DNA of 64,000 bases, taken from positions 186,124,001 to 186,188,000 of the forward strand of contig OZ024740.1 of assembly GCA_964016885.1 (NCBI GenBank), in the 5' to 3' direction. A program made the position numbers and the translations under genes. Shown piece by piece: positions 55,421 to 64,000 of the stretch. This stretch comes from Eledone cirrhosa. Taxonomy: Eukaryota. The notes beneath the pieces were generated by a model, which saw only the letters and a program-made list of their open reading frames with translations, searched no databases and was not told the origin of the DNA. Numbering within the stretch: the stretch's first letter is position 1; each line of letters begins with the position of its first letter.

Positions 55421-55875
55421 TTCGGAGAGGATTCCTTTCTACCTGGAGTGAATCTGATTTCCTAGCTACGCACTCTATCGAGTAACGTTACACCACAGAC
55501 GCTTTGGACAGCATGTATTCACGATCGTAATATTTCGTTCGCCACCACCTCCCGTCTATATTCTGAAGTAAACATGACCTCTAGCATTATCTAACAACAG
55601 CAACAATGCCAAAGACGTTGACATATTCGAAATGTCAACAAGAAGATTCCTGCTACATTGATTATGTAAATATCATCCATCTACTGAAAATAAGTCCTCG
55701 GCTGAGCTCATACTATGAAGTGGTCTTGATTTATGATGGTATAAATACTAACTATATTTGAAATCCATTGACGAGATACTAGGTATAAAACGTATGCACT
55801 AGAACAATTCGATATATTGACATATGTACATAAATGCATATAACCGCAAACTACCAGCGTGCATAAATAAATATA

Positions 55876-55988
<113 letters not shown>

Positions 55989-56180
55989 TAAAACATGTCT
56001 TTAGAATCACTAGATGTAATATATAAAATTTCCTCTCCCAATTAGCATAATTAACCATATAAAAAAATCAATTAGACCAAGCTATAAGAATAAAGGCTCC
56101 TATGAAGAAATCTCCGACAAATAACCGAAAGCAGCCCCCTCGCGGTGGCTACGATGGCAAAACACATATATATCTACGAC

Positions 56181-56243
<63 letters not shown>

Positions 56244-56305
56244 ACATATATATATATGTGTGTGTGTGTGCGTGCAACTGTATATCTATATGTAAAAAAG
56301 GTGTT

Positions 56306-56393
<88 letters not shown>

Positions 56394-56955
56394 AGAATAT
56401 ATTATAGATACGTCTGTGTATGCCTATGTACGCATGTCTCTGTAAACATATAACAATATATACGCAAGTGTGAAGGCATGCGGTATTTCAGGTGGGAATA
56501 AGGGGCTACACATAAGCAGTTTCTTTTATCTATACTGTAGAAAAATTGTCTATTTACATTTTGTTTGATATTTTCATCTCAACTGCAAATGTTGAAATAA
56601 AAAGCCAGCAGTCGTGGTGTTCAATTGCGTATATTATTGTATATTTTCACATATAAATGGCATAAATGTTTGCCACGCATTTTGATAAATCTGCCAGAAA
56701 TCCCAATACAGAGATAAGAAAATCCTGAAGTTTATTAACATTTTGAAGCACGCCAGTTGCTACATGGATGTCTGATAACAGCTAGAGTTTGCGCTAACTT
56801 ATATATTACTGGGGGAAGACTTAACGATATTATTTTTATGAGCTTATTCCGCTTGCACGGCGTGACGTAGTTTGTACTGATGTTACACACACACACACAC
56901 ATACATGTGTGTTCCTCTGCGTGTCTGAGTATATATTTATATATATACACATATA

Positions 56956-58257
56956 CAGGGTGGGGCATAAAAACTGTTACAAAATAAAATGCAAATAGTT
57001 CTTAAAAAAAACATTTATTTCAAGATCTGACTTCAACAAATAGTAAGTAATATACTATTAAACAACTGCACAAAAATGTATTCAAAATGCTTTCCTCTAG
57101 CTCTCACTACTGCTCGAAGACTTCTAGGAAAATCTTCGATGGCTGCACGAACAGTTTCCATGGGTATTTTCTCCCATACTTTATTCAGTTTTGATTTTAG
57201 AGTTTAAATCTTTTGGCTAGGAGTAGAGCAGGCTTCACTCTCAAGAATTGACCATAAAAAAATCGAGAGGGTTGATATCTGGTGATGTGGGATGCCACTG
57301 TTCCTTACTGATCCATGCAGGACAATTGTCTCTATACCACTGTTGTGTTATGCAAGCAGTGTGGCTCGTCGCTCCGTCTTGTTGGAGAGTCCAAATGTCA
57401 TCACCATAAACATATATGCACCATGGTATCAGTGCTCCTTCCAAAATATCATTTATGCAAAGTTCTTTGTTAATTTTAACTCCTTGAGGCACACAAATCA
57501 GAGGAGACTTCCCTCTTTCAGAAATGGCTGCCCAAACCATCACTGATGCTGGTTTCTGTGTTCTGAACACTTTTCCTACACTTGAAGGAATTGATTTGAG
57601 ACTTTTTGCAGGTACTCGATCATTTTGATGATTGTGAGACTGCTGCAAAGTGAATAACTTCTCATCTGTAAAGATGATGTTTTACAGCGTGCGATCCTTG
57701 ATACTGTTCAATAACAGTTTACTTCTAGAGAGCCTCTTTTCAATTGTGGCTGCAGAAAGAAGCTGCCTCTTTTGGAACTTATAGGATGACATCCCCAGAT
57801 CATCTCGACATATTCTCCGCATAGTTCTCGGTGATGTTTCTGCTTCTTCTGCCATTTTTCTCATGGACCTTCTCGGATTACGCCTTATTTTCCCCTCACA
57901 CTTTTAACGAGTTTTGGTGTTCTTGAGGTGCGAAGGCATCCGAATTGAGGTCTGTCTTTGGTCGAGGAAGTTTCCTTAAATCGAACAATTGTCCTTTTGA
58001 CCAACATTCTATTGATGTTAAGAATTTTCCCCAGTTTAAATATATTGGGTGGAGTCAGGCCTTTTTTCATGCTTCTCTATAATGAACTTTCTTTTCAATT
58101 GTATGGACATTGCAAATTGTTAATGGAGTAATGTTCTGAAAAATAGTTAATATGGTTATAGTGCATGGATTTGATACAAATATATTAGTTATATTAGCAA
58201 CATAATGTATTTTTAAATTGATTTAAATCTTTGTAACAGGAATTATGCCCCACCCTG
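56956..58257 (-). mobile_element. Tc1/mariner DD37D (maT-type) transposon, full length, pseudogenised
   Basis: TIR cagggtggggcataa..ctgttacaaa with TA TSDs. Motifs FTDEK, VMVWAAIS, and QQD-37 aa-D (SPDINPLD). Stops and frameshifts are present. Confidence 0.92.
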
Positions 58258-58358
58258 TACATATACATATATAATATATGTATGCAATAATAAATACACA
58301 CATCACACACACACCACACTTACAAACATATATATATATACATACATACACACACACC

Positions 58359-58397
<39 letters not shown>

Positions 58398-61300
58398 GCA
58401 TACATACATTACACACATACATACACACATACATACATATATATATATGTGTGTGTGAATGTATGTATGTAGTGTATGTATAACGATGCTACCAAAATGT
58501 TTTAAATGCTGAATGTATACGAATGTAATATGTCAAGGCATTCATTAACGCAGTGTACGTGATGGTGGAATCGAGTTAAATTGGATTATTTCTTTAAACA
58601 TTGTGTGTGAAGTATATCTTATAACAACATCTTAAAGGTACCGTCCTCTACAGAAAAATTAGCCATAAAAGGAATATAAAACTACCGGAAGCTACGGCAA
58701 TAACACCAATTATTGAAAGCAGAAGAAACCACAAGAGTGTGTAGGATTCATATATGACTATAATAATAAGAATTCATTATTCATATACTAAATTAATTAA
58801 TAGACAATCGTCAGAACACACTCATGTATTATTGTGTTATTGAAGTGTATGTTATTGTTTATAAAAGGATTAAAATTAAACTGGTATTCATAGAGTATAT
58901 ACTCAAAATGTAAGAAAACGAAATGAGATAATGGTTTCTAATTTACACATCACTAGAAGACTTGGATCATTTCCATTGCCATAGTGACAACTTTAATATT
59001 AGAGACAACGTAAAATAAGAGACGACAATATGATTCAGATTTTGCTTCAACAAAAAGCAAAATAAATTTTACACTGTCCTTGGAGATTTTGACAGCGTTT
59101 CCCAGTGTATATTTAGTTTCAGAGTTTATTGGAAACTACTGGTATTATTTTTCTCATTCAATATGAAGTAAACAATATCTCAGAGCCAACATATCAAAAA
59201 ACATTTGCAATAGAACGGTGGCAGTGTCCAGGTCGCAAGCAATGCAACGAAAATTTTGACAGCAAGAAATAAATGATAAATGTAAAGTACAGAGAACAGC
59301 TTCGTGTACGTCGTATTGGCTGTAGCTGTGATACTAAATAACCCTTCTGTACAAATATGTACTTTGATAACAGTTCATATACATTTCAGATAGATATATT
59401 AGAATTGTAAACTATTCAAAATAATCACAACTGATAGGCTAAAATATTAAGATACCACTAGATTAAAAGAAACCTCAAATTATAGTCCAAAACATTTAAC
59501 ATATCTGTTTACATAACTATACGTTCATTTGCAATGTAGGCGGCAAATTGCAGTGATTAGAGCATCACACAAAATGACAGGCAATACATGTACTGGCGTT
59601 TTTCCTTCTCAGTTTGAATCCCACTGAAGTCAACACTACCTATCGCCCTTTTGGGATCGATAATATAAAGCACCAGTCTTAAGTCCAAGGAAACCGGGGG
59701 TAAGCATCGGTCTGATGAGCCCTCGGATTAGAAAAGACTAAATTGGAATTTGGATGAGCTCAGATTAATGATTCTCTCTCAGGTTAATGACGCTCTCTCA
59801 TGTTTCCTTCTCAGTATCAGTACATTTCAAATACAAAGAATGTTTCAGGTTACTGCGTCAAACTCACGTCTTAAGGAGTGCTGTATACACCTTTTACTCC
59901 AATATGATGAAGACGTGCAACATACCTGTAATATTCATATAGCCCCATTAATAAAACAGTAGCCATCATCATAAGAACCATATGGTCATGTAATATGTGA
60001 ATTGCGGGTAATTTGAGATTGGTTCGTTTCTTTCGTCAAGTAAAAAATTGATTAGTACATTTCAAAATTAGCTTACATGTTGTATAACCGTGCTTAGAGT
60101 ATAGAGGACACAGTAATTTATTGTCACAAGGCTGCAGTGTAGTGTCACTGCACAACCGAGTCTCACAGGTTGACAATATAGCTGTGATACTCAGCTAGAG
60201 GCGCGCTTTTTTCATTTGTTTACCAATGCTGTTTAGCTTGACTCACATAATATGATTAAACAGCCGCAATTGAAATATCGCGACTTACCAGCGCGGGAGA
60301 GTTCAGGCAAGGTTTTTTGACAAGGTGAACTGATCACACAGAATTGAATAGCGTTAGAGGAATGATAGGGCTTGGTGAAGAATTAAAATATATCTGACTA
60401 TAGCTGTTTCCCATATATCATTTAAATACGTGGTACGTGCAAATACACGCAACACAAACTGATAAATTATAGGGATATGGGTAGGTCCAAATGGAAGATT
60501 CGTTGCTTGTGCAAGTATATATCAAATAAGAATTTAGTTTAATCATTTGATTCTGGCTATGTTATCTTGTAACTAACAGTCTTTAATGTTACACCTTGAA
60601 TGCCGCCCAACTTGACTTCGAAACTTAGCATATACCTGAATACCGAAACCTCGGGTGATCTAATCATAATTTAAAGTACAACTACTAGATTAACATGTTC
60701 GAATTAATCAGCTTAGATATGTTCGAAGGGGCGTCATCATGTAATAAACATGAAATATCATCAATTTTTGCTTTGGTAAGTTTTTCCAAACATAGGGTGT
60801 ATATTTTGTGTCCATATTGACAAAATCTGGACTGAATTAATTCATAAAACCTATATGTAACGCTTGCTGTCTTATATAACGTAAATACTTCAAATACGGA
60901 AGTGATTTGCGTTATACTGGAAAGGTTTCCGCCATCTTAGGAACAGGCATATGTGTAGATAGCCTGGTATTGATTTTGATTCCTGGAGTTATTATTAACA
61001 TGCATGCGAAATGTTTGTTTGTATCACAGTTTGCAACATTTTCTTATTACTCCGCTCCAATGTATGATAGATTGTTCAGTTTTCTGATACAGTTTGTGAA
61101 AGTCTGCAAAGAGGGTGCAAGATCAATAAAAGAAATACAATCTCTTACACAATTTATGCGAAGAAATAAAATCTATTACACAAGAATATGAACAATCCTA
61201 CACAAGAATTTCTGCTCAGATTCTATCGGCCAGGTTTCAATTCACAAGACTTCGAAGATGATTTCCCAAAGTACTATGCCGTAAAACCGAAACGACGTAA

Positions 61301-61548
61301 CGTATTTTTGAAGAGAACTTTGTATCCATAGAAATACACACAACTATGATTATAACTTATACTATATTTCAATAATTCTATTGAGATACATAGACATAGA
61401 AACAAAAGATGAAGTTCCCATTAATAATAAATCATAATTTAATAAACTATAGAATTACGAAATTAAATTTACCGACACTCATAAACACTGTCCATTTAGT
61501 CAGACAATTAAATAATTTATTTATGTATATATATATATATATATTTAT

Positions 61549-61744
61549 ATAGGAACCAGTAAGACCCCGACAGCTGAGCTCAAGCCGTTTCGACGGCTAA
61601 TTCTGAGTCCAGAATTAGCCGTCGAAACGGCTTGAGCTCAGCTGTCGGGGTCTTACTGGTTCCTATTACCCACTCTACTACCTCAAGTATTGAGTACTTT
61701 GGTGCGTTATGGTCCACCTGGTTCCTTACCACATTTCCTTCGTT
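61549..61744. repeat. Perfect 57 bp-arm hairpin fused to the 31.8/32.3 kb family tail
   Basis: 61549-61605 mirrors 61610-61666 around the loop agtc. GAAAC lies at 61624. 61664-61744 matches 32244-32324. Confidence 0.93.
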
Positions 61745-61859
61745 ATATATTTATATATATATGTGTGTGTGTAGGTAGGTGTATATATGTATATGTGTGT
61801 GTGAGCGTGTCCGCCTGTATAAATGTATGTATGACGTATTTATATATATATATATAAAT

Positions 61860-62246
<387 letters not shown>

Positions 62247-62523
62247 TTACTCCAATAATTTGTTGAGTGCTTTATATCAGTTATAAAACTATTTTGCTTG
62301 TTATAGCCCAACAAATTAAAAATAACTTCTACATATATATATATATGTTTATGTCGATGTATATATGTATATGTAGATATATATGTGTGTGTATGTACAT
62401 ATATATACATATATACACATATGTATGTAAGACCATGAATGCACATCCACTCACAAATACTTATATATATATATATGTGTGTGTGTGCATGTGTGTATTC
62501 ATACATATATATATACAAACATA

Positions 62524-62556
<33 letters not shown>

Positions 62557-63065
62557 ATACATATGTATTTTCTGTAGCACTTAATCAGCGTTAAGCATAA
62601 TGGGGGAACATATGAAAGTATATGCAATCATTGTATATACAATAAAAATATGGGACCCTCTACATCAATAGAAACATTTATGTTTCTACCTTTTTCTCTG
62701 TGAATAGAACGTAAAGAATCCGGTAGCATTCGAAAATGCCAGACAGCGCGCTTTCAAGATTCGTTAATCTTTTATCAATGGCATTAACTCAACCGGGACG
62801 ACATGAACATAGTCCAATGTCTATATAAATTTTGCGGGAAGAACATTTGTGGGAGAGGCTTATTTACATATAGTGCGAACCTGGCTTCTTATATTTAATT
62901 GGCAGTGGCACTAAGACAGAGTTAAGCGGAATAGTGTGTATATGGAAGCATATACTATATGTTTATATACAATAAATATATATAATTACGAAATTAAATT
63001 TTCCTATACTCATAAACACTGTCATATTTAGTCAGACAATTACATACGTGCACACATACTCACAA

Positions 63066-63133
<68 letters not shown>

Positions 63134-63676
63134 TTTTTTCTTGTTTTTTCCTTTTTTTCCTTTTTTTTCCTTCGTTTTTATATTCCTTTTTTTTCCCTTC
63201 GTTTTTAACATTCTTTAATAACATCGAACTCTTATTTATCACATCTATATGAATTAATATAAATTTATCCCTATAAGTATACCTATCTAATAAATTAATT
63301 TAATTTCTTGTTATAGATCTAAATTCCTTGTGTTTTAAATAAGATTGGTATTTCTCACTAACACATTTACCCTAAAATGTTATTCTCCTTCGATTTTAAC
63401 ATTAGCATTATTCTTTAATAATTTAATAAGTTTCGTGTACTTTTCACCGGCTTGACCTCTTTTCATCCCCAGAGTAATCCTTTCATTCAAAGTATTCTTT
63501 CCATTCAAAACTGAAGTTTGCATTCCTCTACCCTTAAATTAAATTCCTACTACTACTATTCTATCAACTTGACCACTTACTACTTTTCTATTGGTCAATA
63601 CAAAACCTTTTCCCAAACAGACCTATTATATTAAATCTTTGTTGGGTTTTTTCAATAAACAAATATCATTATTTCT

Positions 63677-63857
63677 TTGGCAGTATCGGTAGAGGGTCAG
63701 ACACCATGCTTTCCAGCATAGTTACGCCCCTTTACGATCTGAGTTCAAATCCCGCTGAGGTTAACTTGGCCTTTCATCCTTACGGGGTCGATAAAATAAA
63801 GTACCAGTAATGCACTGGGTAATTTCTGGCCTTGTGCCAAAAGTAGAGACAATTATT
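63677..63857 (+). mobile_element. tRNA-derived SINE (main family)
   Basis: ttggcagtatcggtagaggg..tctgagttcaaatccc..ttgtgccaaaagtagagacaattatt. Confidence 0.88.
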
Positions 63858-64000
63858 TCTGAAGACATCATATATATGTGTAGGTATGTATATTTCCTGT
63901 CATACTTTGTAAAATTTTTACATAGATCTATATGATATACATACCAACACACACATATATATCCTAGAAACGATCGTAAAATGTTGATTTTTTTTAATAT

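Noticed and set aside
59706-59745. CTGATGAG..GAAA, and a similar CTGACGA..GAAA at about 35074-35105
   Set aside because: The stems do not pair convincingly; too degenerate to call as hammerheads.
60283-60400. Minus-strand GGTAAGT donor with a GC-richer upstream stretch
   Set aside because: All three frames from the distal acceptor hit stops, and no partner exons were found. A short or non-coding exon cannot be excluded.
63200-63660. Possible GIY-YIG remnant on the minus strand
   Set aside because: No continuous frame or clear motif could be recovered by eye.

Overview
This is eukaryotic, very AT-rich, microsatellite-dense DNA with no host gene that I can support. The repeat landscape looks like a cephalopod (octopus-type) genome; that is an inference from the SINE type and the (AT)n/(AC)n density. 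The window is almost entirely mobile DNA: three Penelope-like element (PLE) remnants, an RTE LINE, a hAT relic, a deleted mariner, a DD37D maT element, a non-autonomous Helitron and many tRNA-derived SINEs. A ~15 kb stack at 41-55 kb holds four R4/Dong-type RLE retrotransposons and one Tx1/L1 element, all in or next to (TAA)n repeats. The most striking signal is about ten fold-back (palindromic) elements of mostly unrelated sequence, sitting in (AT)n tracts. Their arms carry minimal hammerhead ribozyme (HHR) motifs, or the 3' half of one, always pointing outward. The same geometry flanks the protein-coding PLE at 1.9-5.8 kb, which suggests they are non-coding, PLE-mobilised head-to-head ribozyme hairpins. 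Most short ORFs in the ORF track are microsatellite or antisense artefacts. All alignments and coordinates were read by eye.
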